Shown: positions 46,111 through 56,666, numbered from the stretch's first letter. The stretch: 64,000 nucleotides of DNA from Flavobacteriales bacterium (GCA_047636995.1 JBLIGQ010000012.1:5797-69796); one strand, 5' to 3'. Notes: a model not told the origin generated them from the letters alone. Numbers and translations: made by a program.

Positions 46111-47450
46111 ATATAGCGGTAATAGGAACAGGATACGTCGGATTGGTAACAGGAACTTGTTTTGCTGAAACAGGCAACAATGTCGTTTGTGTTGACATCG
46201 ACAAAGAAAAAGTGGACCGGATGAGAAACGGCGAAGTGCCGATTTATGAGCCCCACTTGGACATCCTTTTCGAACGAAACGTTAAAGCTGGCAGGTTAAC
46301 TTTTACCACCAATATTGAAGAAGTAGTGGATGATGCCGAAATCATCTTCCTTGCCCTTCCTACACCGCCAGGAGAAGACGGTTCGGCCGACCTTTCTTAT
46401 GTACTGGGTGTAGCTTCTCAACTCGGAACACTCATCAAAGAGTACAAAGTCGTTATTGATAAAAGCACGGTGCCCGTAGGAACAGCTGAGAAGGTAAGAA
46501 AGGCCATCGCCGAAAAATGCAACGTGCCGTTTGATGTGGTTTCAAATCCGGAATTCTTGCGTGAAGGATACGCAGTGGATGATTTCATGAAGCCAGACCG
46601 TGTGGTAGTGGGACTTAGTTCACAACGCGCTCAGAAAGTGATGGAAGAGCTTTACAAACCATTCGTTAGACAAGGAAATCCATTGATATTTATGGATGAG
46701 AAATCTGCGGAACTCACTAAATACGCAGCCAACGCATTCCTTGCAACGAAGATTACTTTCATGAATGAAATTGCCAACTTCTGTGAAAAGGTTGGTGCAG
46801 ATGTAGATATGGTACGCCTTGGCATTGGAACTGATACCCGCATTGGAAAACGCTTCCTCTTCCCTGGAATTGGATACGGCGGTAGCTGCTTTCCCAAAGA
46901 TGTTCAAGCACTCGCAAAGTCTGGTGAAGACAACGATTACAATTTCGCCATTCTTGAGTCTGTGATGCGCATCAACAACAAGCAAAAAACAGTGCTTTTC
47001 GACCCAATCAAAGACTACTTTAAGGGGAATCTCAAAGGAGTGAAAATTGCGCTTTGGGGATTGGCATTCAAACCAGAAACAGACGACATTCGCGAAGCCC
47101 CTTCTTTATACATGATTGAAAAATTACTGAATGAAGGAGCTGAAATCGTTGCTTTCGACCCTGAAGCAATGGGCAATGTGAAGAAAATGCTCGGAGACAG
47201 CATCATGTTTTCTGATAGCGCTTATGGTGCCACTGAAAATGCAGACGCACTGTTAATCAGCACTGAATGGCAGGTCTTCAGAACACCAGACTTCAAAATT
47301 CTGGAAGAAAACCTGAACAATAAAGCTATTTTTGATGGCAGAAACCTTTACGACCTTGATAAAATGAAAGAACTTGGATTTTACTACAAGAGCATTGGGC
47401 GTGAAGTAATAAATAACAACGTTGAAGTAAGCTCAAACGAAAAATCATGA
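46107..47450 (+). CDS. ugd: UDP-glucose 6-dehydrogenase
   Basis: [29 protein letters not shown], and the catalytic Cys in [10 protein letters not shown]. Confidence 0.92.
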   Translation: MNIAVIGTGYVGLVTGTCFAETGNNVVCVDIDKEKVDRMRNGEVPIYEPHLDILFERNVKAGRLTFTTNIEEVVDDAEIIFLALPTPPGEDGSADLSYVLGVASQLGTLIKEYKVVIDKSTVPVGTAEKVRKAIAEKCNVPFDVVSNPEFLREGYAVDDFMKPDRVVVGLSSQRAQKVMEELYKPFVRQGNPLIFMDEKSAELTKYAANAFLATKITFMNEIANFCEKVGADVDMVRLGIGTDTRIGKRFLFPGIGYGGSCFPKDVQALAKSGEDNDYNFAILESVMRINNKQKTVLFDPIKDYFKGNLKGVKIALWGLAFKPETDDIREAPSLYMIEKLLNEGAEIVAFDPEAMGNVKKMLGDSIMFSDSAYGATENADALLISTEWQVFRTPDFKILEENLNNKAIFDGRNLYDLDKMKELGFYYKSIGREVINNNVEVSSNEKS

Positions 47451-48430
47451 AACGTGTTCTCATTACCGGTGCTGCCGGATTTTTAGGGTCACACCTTTGT
47501 GATCGCTTTGTCAAAGAAGGATGCCATGTTATAGCCATGGACAACCTCATCACTGGTGACCTCAAAAACATTGAGCACCTGATGCCTGAGGAGAACTTCG
47601 AATTCAACCACCATGATGTTTCGAAGCACATTCACATTCCAGGTGACCTCGACTACATTTTGCATTTTGCCTCTCCAGCAAGTCCAATAGACTACTTAAA
47701 AATTCCAATCCAAACCTTAAAGGTTGGATCTCTAGGAGTGCACAACTGCCTTGGTCTTGCTAAAGCGAAAGGAGCACGAATGCTCATTGCATCAACTTCA
47801 GAAATCTACGGTGACCCACTTGTTCATCCTCAAACTGAAGAATATTGGGGCAATGTAAACCCTGTTGGTCCACGAGGTGTTTATGATGAAGCAAAACGCT
47901 TCCAAGAAGCTATGACCATGGCTTATCACACCTTCCATGGTGTTCAGACACGCATTGCACGAATATTCAATACTTACGGCCCGCGCATGAGGCTGAATGA
48001 CGGACGCGTTTTACCGGCTTTCATCGGACAAGCATTGAGAGGTGAAGACCTAACCATATTTGGAGATGGATCTCAAACACGGTCATTTTGCTACGTTGGA
48101 GATTTAGTTGAAGGCTTGCACAGACTGCTCATGTCTGATCATGCTGAGCCTGTGAACATTGGTAATCCAGATGAAATCAGCATCAGTGACTTTGCAGAAG
48201 AAATCATCAAATTAACAGGTACAGATCAAAAAGTGATCTACAAAGACCTTCCTGTTGATGACCCAAAACAACGTCAGCCAGACATCACTAAAGCACGCGC
48301 AATTCTAAATTGGGAACCAAAAGTTTCTCGCGCTGAGGGACTGAAAATAACTTATACCTATTTCAAGTCTCTATCAGGAGATGAATTGCACAAGAAAGAT
48401 CACAAAATCTTTGATTCATACATAAAATAA
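47447..48430 (+). CDS. UDP-glucuronate decarboxylase (UDP-xylose synthase-type SDR)
   Basis: [33 protein letters not shown] (YxxxK) and [10 protein letters not shown]: the UXS family pattern. Confidence 0.85.
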   Translation: MKRVLITGAAGFLGSHLCDRFVKEGCHVIAMDNLITGDLKNIEHLMPEENFEFNHHDVSKHIHIPGDLDYILHFASPASPIDYLKIPIQTLKVGSLGVHNCLGLAKAKGARMLIASTSEIYGDPLVHPQTEEYWGNVNPVGPRGVYDEAKRFQEAMTMAYHTFHGVQTRIARIFNTYGPRMRLNDGRVLPAFIGQALRGEDLTIFGDGSQTRSFCYVGDLVEGLHRLLMSDHAEPVNIGNPDEISISDFAEEIIKLTGTDQKVIYKDLPVDDPKQRQPDITKARAILNWEPKVSRAEGLKITYTYFKSLSGDELHKKDHKIFDSYIK

Positions 48431-49011
48431 TGGCTTACTTCGCACACGAAACAGCTGTAATTGATGACGGATGCACCATAGGTGAAGGGTCCAAGATTTG
48501 GCACTTTTCGCACATCATGTCTAAAGCTGTTTTAGGAAAGGAGTGTAACGTTGGTCAAAACGTTGTAATTTCTCCCGAAGTTGTGCTCGGAAACAATGTT
48601 AAGGTTCAGAATAATGTTTCAATCTACACAGGTGTGACTTGTGAAGATGATGTCTTTTTAGGACCTAGCTGTGTTTTCACGAATGTAACTAATCCGCGCA
48701 GCGCGGTGAACAGAAGAGGGCAATATGCCATAACCATTGTAAAACAAGGCGCAAGTATTGGTGCAAATGCAACCATCGTTTGCGGAAACGATATTGGCAA
48801 ATTCGCCTTCATTGGAGCAGGAGCAGTGGTCACGAAAGATATCCCTGCCTATTCCCTTTGGGTAGGAAATCCTGCGAAACAATTAGGTTGGATGAGTGAA
48901 TTCGGCCACAGACTTGAGTTTGACTCCTCAGGAAATGCCATTTGTGAAGAGAGTGGTGATATATATATTCTAGAAAACGGAAAAGTGCATAAACTTGCAC
49001 CAAGCAAATAA
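48430..49011 (+). CDS. Hexapeptide-repeat (left-handed beta-helix) sugar N-acetyltransferase, WbpD/WlbB-like
   Basis: IDDGCTIGEGSKIWHFSHI...LGKECNVGQNVVISP...GNNVKVQNNVSIY: imperfect hexapeptide repeats. The size (193 aa) fits WlbB-type enzymes. Confidence 0.65.
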   Translation: MAYFAHETAVIDDGCTIGEGSKIWHFSHIMSKAVLGKECNVGQNVVISPEVVLGNNVKVQNNVSIYTGVTCEDDVFLGPSCVFTNVTNPRSAVNRRGQYAITIVKQGASIGANATIVCGNDIGKFAFIGAGAVVTKDIPAYSLWVGNPAKQLGWMSEFGHRLEFDSSGNAICEESGDIYILENGKVHKLAPSK

Positions 49012-49014
49012 ATC

Positions 49015-50313
49015 ATGATTTACGAAAAGCTACGTAACAAAGAAGCAACAATGGCTGTTGTAGGACTCGGATACGTCGGACTCCCTATCGCCCTTGAATT
49101 TGCTCGTGAAATCAAAGTTCTAGGTTTCGACATCAATGCCCAAAGAGTGGAGCTCATGAAGAAAGGGATTGACCCTTCTAATGAGCTTGAATCTTCAGCC
49201 TTCGACGGCTGTGACATTGAGTTCACTGCAAACCCTGATGATTTGAAGAAGGCTAACTTCTTTGTCATTGCGGTTCCTACACCCATTAATGATAGCAATC
49301 AGCCAGATCTTGGCCCTGTGCTTTCTGCATCCAGAGGTGTTGGAAATGCATTGAAAAAAGGAGATTACGTAGTGTTTGAATCTACTGTTTACCCTGGTTG
49401 TACAGAAGATGACTGTGTTCCCGTTCTTGAATCTCTTTCTGGTCTCAAAATGGGTGATGACTTCAAAGTAGGTTATTCACCAGAGCGTATTAATCCAGGA
49501 GACAAGCAGCATACCATTCGAACGATTGTTAAAGTTGTGGCAGGAAACGATGCTGAGTCACTTGACGAAATTGCGAAGACCTACGAAATTGTTATTGATG
49601 CTGGAGTACACAGAGCAGCCAACATTAAAACAGCAGAGGCTTCTAAGGTTATAGAAAACACCCAGCGTGATGTGAATATCTCATTGATCAATGAGCTTTC
49701 AATCATCCTAAACCGTGTTGGAATTAACACGTATGATGTACTTGAATGTGCAGCTACGAAGTGGAACTTCTTGAACTTCACTCCAGGATTAGTAGGCGGA
49801 CACTGCATTGGTGTTGATCCTTACTACCTAACCCACAAAGCGAAAAAATTAGGCTATCATGCACGTGTGATTAATAGTGGTCGTTACGTAAATGACAGCA
49901 TGGGACCTTACGTTGGTAAGCAAACTGTAAAACGTATTCTTGAACAAGGAAAAAACATTCTTGACGCACGCGTCCTCGTGATGGGAGCTACCTTTAAGGA
50001 AAATGTTAGCGACATCCGTAACTCAAAAGTGATTGACGTTATTCGTGAATTGGAATCCTTCTCTGTTAACGTAGATGTTGTTGATCCTTGGGCAGACCCC
50101 GCTGAAGTGAAACACGAATACGATGTAGACTTGGTCAAAGAAGCAAAGAAAGGAGCTTATGATGCTGTTATTGTGGCCGTAAACCATCAAGAATATGACA
50201 ACTACACAGAAGATGACTTCAAATTGCTCATGAATGATGAACAAGGTGTGATAGTTGATCTGAAAGGAACCTACAGACGCATTATAAAAGACCTAGTTTA
50301 CTGGAGTCTTTAA
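49015..50313 (+). CDS. Nucleotide-sugar 6-dehydrogenase (UDP-GlcNAc/GalNAc/ManNAc dehydrogenase, WbpA/WbpO/TviB-like)
   Basis: VVGLGYVGLPIALEFA, YSPERINPGD, and the catalytic Cys in GLVGGHCIGVDPYYL. Confidence 0.85.
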   Translation: MIYEKLRNKEATMAVVGLGYVGLPIALEFAREIKVLGFDINAQRVELMKKGIDPSNELESSAFDGCDIEFTANPDDLKKANFFVIAVPTPINDSNQPDLGPVLSASRGVGNALKKGDYVVFESTVYPGCTEDDCVPVLESLSGLKMGDDFKVGYSPERINPGDKQHTIRTIVKVVAGNDAESLDEIAKTYEIVIDAGVHRAANIKTAEASKVIENTQRDVNISLINELSIILNRVGINTYDVLECAATKWNFLNFTPGLVGGHCIGVDPYYLTHKAKKLGYHARVINSGRYVNDSMGPYVGKQTVKRILEQGKNILDARVLVMGATFKENVSDIRNSKVIDVIRELESFSVNVDVVDPWADPAEVKHEYDVDLVKEAKKGAYDAVIVAVNHQEYDNYTEDDFKLLMNDEQGVIVDLKGTYRRIIKDLVYWSL

Positions 50314-50327
50314 GCGCTAATCAACGA

Positions 50328-51392
50328 ATGGAATACAAACGAACGATTGTAGTAACTGGAGGAGCAGGATTCATTGGGTCCCACCTCATTCGTCTACTCG
50401 TTCGTAAATACCCCAGCTATCACATCATTAATTTCGACAAACTGACTTACGCAGGAAACTTGTCGAACCTTACAGATGTATCTAAATTACGGAACTACAC
50501 TTTTGTAAAAGGCGATATTTGCGATGCGCAAGATGTAGATAAGCTCTTTACAGAATTCAAAGCAGATAGCGTTATTCATCTCGCAGCGGAAAGCCATGTA
50601 GATCGTTCCATTGAAGACCCCTTGTCTTTTATAGAAACGAACATCAAAGGCACCGCCGTCTTGCTCAACGCATGCAGAGAACACTGGTCAGAAAGAAAAT
50701 TTCGTGATTGCCTCTTCTATCATGTAAGCACAGACGAGGTGTTTGGCTCACTGGGGAGCGAAGGCATGTTCACAGAAGAGACGGCCTACGATCCTAGGAG
50801 TCCGTACTCAGCTTCTAAAGCTTCGTCAGATCACCTCGTAAGATCGTACCACCACACCTATGGCATTCCGGTCATGATCTCGAATTGCTCTAACAACTAC
50901 GGAAGCCATCAATTTCCAGAAAAATTGATTCCTCTGATGATTCAAAACATCATAAAAGAGAAGCCTCTCCCTGTTTATGGCCAAGGAATTAATGTGCGTG
51001 ATTGGCTTTGGGTCAATGACCATGCTGATGCCATTGACACTATTTTTCACAACGGAAGAATAGGAGAAACTTACGCCATCGGAGGTAAAAACGAAATGAC
51101 CAATATAGCGCTTGTTCGTCTGCTCTGTCAACTGGTAGACCAAAAGATGGACAGGCCGGAAGGCTCTGCTGAAAAGCTAATCACATTCGTTACAGACAGA
51201 GCCGGACATGACCTCAGGTATGCTATTGACCCTGCAAAACTAGAAGGTGAACTTGGGTGGACACCGAGTGTTACTTTTGAAGAAGGCTTAGCAATAACCA
51301 TTGATTGGTACCTTCAAAACACCAAGTGGCTAGATGATGTTACTTCAGGTGGTTATATCAATTATTACGACAGTATGTACGGCAATCGCTAG
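50328..51392 (+). CDS. rfbB: dTDP-glucose 4,6-dehydratase
   Basis: VVTGGAGFIGSHLIR, HVSTDEVFGS, YSASKASSDHLV (YxxxK) and NCSNNYGSHQFPEKLIP. Confidence 0.92.
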   Translation: MEYKRTIVVTGGAGFIGSHLIRLLVRKYPSYHIINFDKLTYAGNLSNLTDVSKLRNYTFVKGDICDAQDVDKLFTEFKADSVIHLAAESHVDRSIEDPLSFIETNIKGTAVLLNACREHWSERKFRDCLFYHVSTDEVFGSLGSEGMFTEETAYDPRSPYSASKASSDHLVRSYHHTYGIPVMISNCSNNYGSHQFPEKLIPLMIQNIIKEKPLPVYGQGINVRDWLWVNDHADAIDTIFHNGRIGETYAIGGKNEMTNIALVRLLCQLVDQKMDRPEGSAEKLITFVTDRAGHDLRYAIDPAKLEGELGWTPSVTFEEGLAITIDWYLQNTKWLDDVTSGGYINYYDSMYGNR

Positions 51393-51413
51393 CAGTTTAG
51401 ATACCTTTGTGGA

Positions 51414-52160
51414 ATGTCAGTTATCTCACGCCTTTTCGGTAAGAAACGTATTTTAGAGCCCATAGATTTATCGGTTCTGAAGGTTGACATGCACTCACAC
51501 CTCATCCCTGGTATTGATGATGGTTCTCCTGATTTAAGGACTTCAATTGAGATGCTCCATCGGTTTGAATCAATGGGCTACCAGAAAGTAATCACAACGC
51601 CTCACGTGATGAGTGATTACTACAGAAACTCAAGTGACACCATATTGCATGGGAGAGATCGCGTGCGAGAAGCACTTGTAAAGGAAGGCATCAACATTGA
51701 GTTTGAAGCTGCCGCTGAATACTATCTAGACGAACACTTCGACGCCCTAATTGACGCTGATGACGTGCTTACTTTCGGTAAAAAACACGTGCTTTTTGAG
51801 CTGGCTTTCATGGCAGAACCCGACATTCTCAAAAACATCCTCTTCAAGCTTCAAATGAAAGGATACCGGCCCATACTTGCCCACCCTGAACGCTATGGGT
51901 ATTGGCACAAAGAATTGCATCAGTTTCATGATTTGTTTGACAGAGACATCTTACTTCAAGTCAACATCAATTCTTTGACCGGCACGTATTCTCCAGAGGT
52001 TCAAAAAACGGCGGAATACCTTATTGACAATAATTTAGTCACTTTCATGGGGACTGACTGTCACCATCACGGACACATTGATTTAGTAAAGCAGGCACAA
52101 AAGCTACCTCATCTGCACAAAATCATCGAAAGTGGTAATCTGAAGAACAACCAGCTTTAA
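51414..52160 (+). CDS. CpsB/CapC-type (PHP-domain, Mn-dependent) protein-tyrosine phosphatase
   Basis: VDMHSHLIPGIDDGS, TPHV, LAHPERY and GTDCHH metal-ligand blocks. Confidence 0.8.
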   Translation: MSVISRLFGKKRILEPIDLSVLKVDMHSHLIPGIDDGSPDLRTSIEMLHRFESMGYQKVITTPHVMSDYYRNSSDTILHGRDRVREALVKEGINIEFEAAAEYYLDEHFDALIDADDVLTFGKKHVLFELAFMAEPDILKNILFKLQMKGYRPILAHPERYGYWHKELHQFHDLFDRDILLQVNINSLTGTYSPEVQKTAEYLIDNNLVTFMGTDCHHHGHIDLVKQAQKLPHLHKIIESGNLKNNQL

Positions 52161-52480
52161 TCTCCCACTTCAGCAAGGCGCACCACCAATCCGTCTGTTT
52201 CATCAGAAAGATACAGCTGACAGCCTAATCTACTATTGCTTTCAACATGAAAGGCTTGATCTAACATGTCTTCCTCATCATCAGAAGCTGCATGCAGTTG
52301 ATGCTCAGACTCAACGTACATGTGACATGAAGCGCACATAGCCATCCCACCGCACGTTCCTTCAACAGGCAGTTCATAGCTCTTACACACTTCCATCATA
52401 TTCATTCCCATGTCTGTAGGAGCTTCCAACTCATGAGCTACCCCTTCGCGATCAATTACAGTCAATTTGATAATACCCAT
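52157..52480 (-). CDS. 2Fe-2S ferredoxin (adrenodoxin/putidaredoxin type)
   Basis: Cluster ligands in EGTCGGMAMCASCH (C-x5-C-x2-C) and the distal Cys in RLGCQ. Confidence 0.85.
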   Translation of the reverse strand: MGIIKLTVIDREGVAHELEAPTDMGMNMMEVCKSYELPVEGTCGGMAMCASCHMYVESEHQLHAASDDEEDMLDQAFHVESNSRLGCQLYLSDETDGLVVRLAEVGD

Positions 52481-52481
52481 A

Positions 52482-53486
52482 TCAGAATCCTTGTACTCCG
52501 TTTACCGTGGTATATTTTAATACCAAGTTTTTATCCGGGTTGATCCGCTTATAAGCAGATTGAACCATCAAAGTTGCTTCGTGAAAACCACAAAGAATGA
52601 GTTTCAATTTCCCTGGATAGGTATTGACATCGCCAATGGCATAAATACCAGGTATGTTCGTGCTGTAATCGAAGGTGTCTACTTCAATAGCATTTTTAGT
52701 CACATTCAATCCCCAGTCAGAAATTGGCCCAAGCTTTGGAGAAAGACCGAACAATGGCATCCAGTGATCACATGCCACATGCTTATCTCCTTCTTTAGTC
52801 TTAACAGTAATACCATTCAAATGGTCATCACCGGTAATACCTATAACTTCAGCGTCAGTCAACAATGTAACGCGTCCTGATTTCGCCATGTCTTCCACCT
52901 TCTGAACACTGTCTAAGTGTCCGCGGAAAGAGCTTCGTCTATGAACCATAGTCACTTTGTTCGCAACGCCATCTGCCAAGAATATAACCCAGTCAAGTGC
53001 AGAGTCTCCTCCACCAGAAATCACCACGTCTTTCCCTTTGTAAAAATTAGGATCCTTAATAATGTACTCTACTCCCTTATCTTCGAAATCAATCAAATTT
53101 GGAACAGGTGGCTTTCGAGGCTCGAAAGAGCCTAATCCTCCGGCAATTGCAACAATAGGGGCCATGTGCTTGGTACCCCTGTTCGTTGTAACAATGAATT
53201 TATCATCATCTGTTTTCTCAATCGTATCAGCTCTTTCTCCTAAAGTAAAAGTGGGTTTAAATGGCTCAATCTGAACCATGAGATTATCTACAAGATCTCC
53301 AGCTAATACTTCCGGGAAAGCGGGGATATCATAGATGGGCTTCTTGGGATAGATTTCAGCACACTGTCCGCCAGGTTGCGGCAAAGCATCAATCAAATGA
53401 CATCGTAGTTTGAGCAAGCCAGCTTCAAACACAGTGAATAAGCCAACCGGTCCGGCTCCAATAATCAGGATATCTGTTTCGATCAT
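52482..53486 (-). CDS. Thioredoxin-reductase-like ferredoxin--NADP+ reductase
   Basis: FAD motif ILIIGAGPVGLFTVFEAG, NADPH motif VISGGGDSALDW and IYAIGDV. It is adjacent to the ferredoxin gene with a 1-nt gap. Confidence 0.8.
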   Translation of the reverse strand: MIETDILIIGAGPVGLFTVFEAGLLKLRCHLIDALPQPGGQCAEIYPKKPIYDIPAFPEVLAGDLVDNLMVQIEPFKPTFTLGERADTIEKTDDDKFIVTTNRGTKHMAPIVAIAGGLGSFEPRKPPVPNLIDFEDKGVEYIIKDPNFYKGKDVVISGGGDSALDWVIFLADGVANKVTMVHRRSSFRGHLDSVQKVEDMAKSGRVTLLTDAEVIGITGDDHLNGITVKTKEGDKHVACDHWMPLFGLSPKLGPISDWGLNVTKNAIEVDTFDYSTNIPGIYAIGDVNTYPGKLKLILCGFHEATLMVQSAYKRINPDKNLVLKYTTVNGVQGF

Positions 53487-53613
53487 TCCTTAAAAATTTG
53501 GACAAAAGTATTTAAAAATCCCCATCCATGCAGTAGATAATAGGAAGAACAGTGGAAACTTAGAATTGTTCCAAATTTAGAGAAAGACAATTAGAATAAC
53601 TCTACTTATAAAA

Positions 53614-55230
53614 TCAAGGCGCTTTCAATAAATTAATAGTGACTGTAGCCAAATCAGAATTGGGATATTTCCTGAATTTACTTTCATCTGGAACAAGTCC
53701 TATTTCGCCCAGCACAGCTAAAAATTCTGACACCTCAAGAATGTATTGATCTGAATAACCATGGGTAGCATCATAAGCAGTGGAAGCTGTTCGTCCCAAA
53801 TTCTGAGCAACCAATTCAGGCTTTACGGTATGCAGTTCAATCAAAAGCAATCCGAAGCGCTCAACGTAAGGCGTCCATTTTTCAAAATGTTGTTTCAATG
53901 AGGCTGACACCAGATTGTTAGGGATTCTTCTTCCTGAAGTGGCATATGCTCCAGTAGAAGAACTCAAGCGCATTTTAGAGGATTCGCTGGGCTCCTCCCA
54001 AATTCGATTGTGGTCTAAAAATGTACGCACATTAAGTAGCTCACCTAAATTGATAGTGTATTTTTCCTTGAGGTCTGAGGCGAGCAAATCTGGATTCCCA
54101 ATGTCGCCCCAAATTATTTTCGCCCAAATGTCTGCCTGAATTAAGTTCGCTCTAGTCACCTTTAATGCGGCCTCATTGTAGTCAACACCAATGACAAGAA
54201 GGGGATGTTCTTCAAGCATCTTTCCACGAAGGGTATGTCTTTCAATCACCGAAAATAGATGCTGCAGAAACTCCCCGTTTCCGCACCCCATGTCCAAGAT
54301 TCCTTTTGGCTGCTCATCAATGGGTTTATTGAAAATGTCAATGATGATTTCGTCTACCACTTTGAAATAGGTCGTGTGCGCGCCTCCACTTCCCCAGACA
54401 TTCATTTCTCTGTCAACGTGCTTTTCTTCCTCTCCCTTTCCAGATGTTTTTAGAATGCGGGGGTCCCCAAAGAGGAGATCATCTAGCTTACTAAGAGTGG
54501 GGATATAGGACACCGTAACGCCATATGCACTGGCTCGTTTGGCGAAGAACAGTCCTTGATCTGTAAACTCAAATGAATCATTGACCTTGTTGAACCATTC
54601 CAGATCGGTTAACATGTCAAGTAACCGACCGAATTCATTAGCGTTTTTATGAAATTCTTCCGGACGGAAGCGCGTCTCCATAAAATACTTGTGAAACATG
54701 CCCGTCATTCCTAAATGAACCAGTGTTGGACCTACTATGATTCCTTCAATATGAGCGAAGATCTGGTCTTGAATAGCCATCACATTCTCATCTGAAGATT
54801 CAGTAGCTCCCGTCCTATTTATAAACTTCTTGAAACTGCTTTCCAACTTCAAGAAAGGCTCAATTTCAAATGACCTCGGGTGGTACTTCTCTGAATTCCG
54901 CAGCACGTCAACCACATCAGCATACAAATGAAAGTGTTCAAATGCCGTTTTAGAATGTTCATTCGTCCGAAAGACGATTTCATCTGTCTTATTGTCAACC
55001 TCCTGAATCAACCAACCTTGAGAACACAGAGTTCGAAGTGCCACATTCAAATAGCCTTCATTCGCTTTGAACAGATCTGTTAGGTCTTTCAGCTTAACGC
55101 GCTCTTGTTCCAACAAATAGGCTGTCACTCCTTTTGACGAAAGAGCAAAAGCTGAAGGAGCAACTACAATTCCGTCAAGATGACGAAAAAGCTTTGCACG
55201 AAAAATAGCTTGTTGTTGTTTGGTTAACAT
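53614..55230 (-). CDS. Large class I SAM-dependent methyltransferase with duplicated N-terminal helical (dimerisation-like) modules
   Basis: SAM motif I ILDMGCGNGEFLQHL, then VIGVDYN and IWGDIGNP. The N-half has two similar modules (FRHLDGIVVAPSAFALSSKGV and FAHIEGIIVGPTLVHLGMTGM). Confidence 0.65.
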   Translation of the reverse strand: MLTKQQQAIFRAKLFRHLDGIVVAPSAFALSSKGVTAYLLEQERVKLKDLTDLFKANEGYLNVALRTLCSQGWLIQEVDNKTDEIVFRTNEHSKTAFEHFHLYADVVDVLRNSEKYHPRSFEIEPFLKLESSFKKFINRTGATESSDENVMAIQDQIFAHIEGIIVGPTLVHLGMTGMFHKYFMETRFRPEEFHKNANEFGRLLDMLTDLEWFNKVNDSFEFTDQGLFFAKRASAYGVTVSYIPTLSKLDDLLFGDPRILKTSGKGEEEKHVDREMNVWGSGGAHTTYFKVVDEIIIDIFNKPIDEQPKGILDMGCGNGEFLQHLFSVIERHTLRGKMLEEHPLLVIGVDYNEAALKVTRANLIQADIWAKIIWGDIGNPDLLASDLKEKYTINLGELLNVRTFLDHNRIWEEPSESSKMRLSSSTGAYATSGRRIPNNLVSASLKQHFEKWTPYVERFGLLLIELHTVKPELVAQNLGRTASTAYDATHGYSDQYILEVSEFLAVLGEIGLVPDESKFRKYPNSDLATVTINLLKAP

Positions 55231-55415
55231 AGGTGTTTGGTTTCAAGTAGTTGCTAGTTCAACGTTTAGTGCACATGAGAGTTGCAAAATAACACCCTGA
55301 ATTCGCTTCTTTTAGTATTGAGATTGAACGCCGGGAAAACTACAACTATTTATCTAGTACCGATGAAATCAAAATTGATACGAAAGATTAAATGTTTTTG
55401 CCGTATTTTTCCATT

Positions 55416-56666
55416 ATGAAAAGACTACTACTTTGTGCTGCAGCTTCATTAACAGCTGTTCTCTCTACTGCTCAATGCGATGGAAATCGCTTTTTCAATC
55501 AAGTTTTCAATGACTATACAGAAATTGAGAATATCGTTTACGGAGAAAATATAAATTACCAAGGCTCCACAACTGAACTCCTTCTGGACGTTTACCAGCC
55601 AGTTGGCGACATTGAAACAGCTCGACCATTGATCGTAATGGTGCATGGCGGAAGCTTTATAGGTGGAAGTAAAGATGGAGTTGATGTGACTTCACTTGCA
55701 AGTGACTTCACCAAAATGGGCTATGTTGTTGCTTCAATCAACTACAGACTCGGATTGCCTATCACACTTGATCTTGAAACTCCAGCAACTGAGGCAGTTG
55801 TAAGAGGGTACCATGACGCAAAAGCGGCAGTAAGGTTCTTCAGGAAAGACATTGCAGAAAGCGGAAACACCTACAATATCAACACAGATGAAATCTACAT
55901 GACCGGCGTATCTGCTGGTGGTTTTGTGGCTTTGCACGTAGCTTACATGGATGAGCTCTCAGAAATGCCTGCTGCAATTGACCAAACCCTTCCTGGACTT
56001 GGCGGTGGACTTGAAGGAACAAGCGGAAACGATGGGTATTCTTCAGATGTAAAAGGCATTGTAAACATTGCTGGTGCCATTGGAGACACCACATGGATTC
56101 AACCTAACGACGAACCCATTCTTTCATTTCACGGAACAGGTGATACAGTTGTTCCTTTTGATTCCGACATGCTTCAAATTTTTGGATTTGATGTGTTAGA
56201 AGTAGATGGTTCTAACTCTGTTCACGAAAGAGCAAATAACATTGGCCTCTTCAATTGCTTTGAGGTTTACGAAGGACAAGGCCACGTTCCACACGTTGAC
56301 AACGTTGCTTATTATGACACTACACGTTCAATTATGAGCAGCTTCATTGGCTCTCTGGTTTGTCCGTTTTCAGAAATGGACTGTGAATACAGAGAAGTAG
56401 AATTGGATATAGATCAGCTCACTCCGAACAACATCGTTCAAGTATTCCCTAATCCTGCAAAGGTCCATTTAACCATTCGCGCCTCTGTATTTCAAAATGA
56501 GAACGCATTTGCTCAAGTGTTCAATACTTCAGGACAACTTGTAAAGACCTTCACCTTGAATCGCGGTGAAGCACAAGTGAACGTTGAAGAATTATCCAGC
56601 GGTGTTTATGTAATTCAAATCAATGGTGAAGAACGCATTGTTTCTGAGCGCATTGTAATTGAGTAA
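55416..56666 (+). CDS. Secreted alpha/beta-hydrolase (esterase/lipase-like) with T9SS type-A C-terminal sorting domain
   Basis: Signal peptide MKRLLLCAAASLTAVLSTAQ. Oxyanion VMVHGGSFIGGS. Nucleophile elbow GVSAGG. HGTGDTVVP. CTD VQVFPNPAKVHLTI...SGVYVIQINGE...ERIVIE. Confidence 0.78.
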   Translation: MKRLLLCAAASLTAVLSTAQCDGNRFFNQVFNDYTEIENIVYGENINYQGSTTELLLDVYQPVGDIETARPLIVMVHGGSFIGGSKDGVDVTSLASDFTKMGYVVASINYRLGLPITLDLETPATEAVVRGYHDAKAAVRFFRKDIAESGNTYNINTDEIYMTGVSAGGFVALHVAYMDELSEMPAAIDQTLPGLGGGLEGTSGNDGYSSDVKGIVNIAGAIGDTTWIQPNDEPILSFHGTGDTVVPFDSDMLQIFGFDVLEVDGSNSVHERANNIGLFNCFEVYEGQGHVPHVDNVAYYDTTRSIMSSFIGSLVCPFSEMDCEYREVELDIDQLTPNNIVQVFPNPAKVHLTIRASVFQNENAFAQVFNTSGQLVKTFTLNRGEAQVNVEELSSGVYVIQINGEERIVSERIVIE

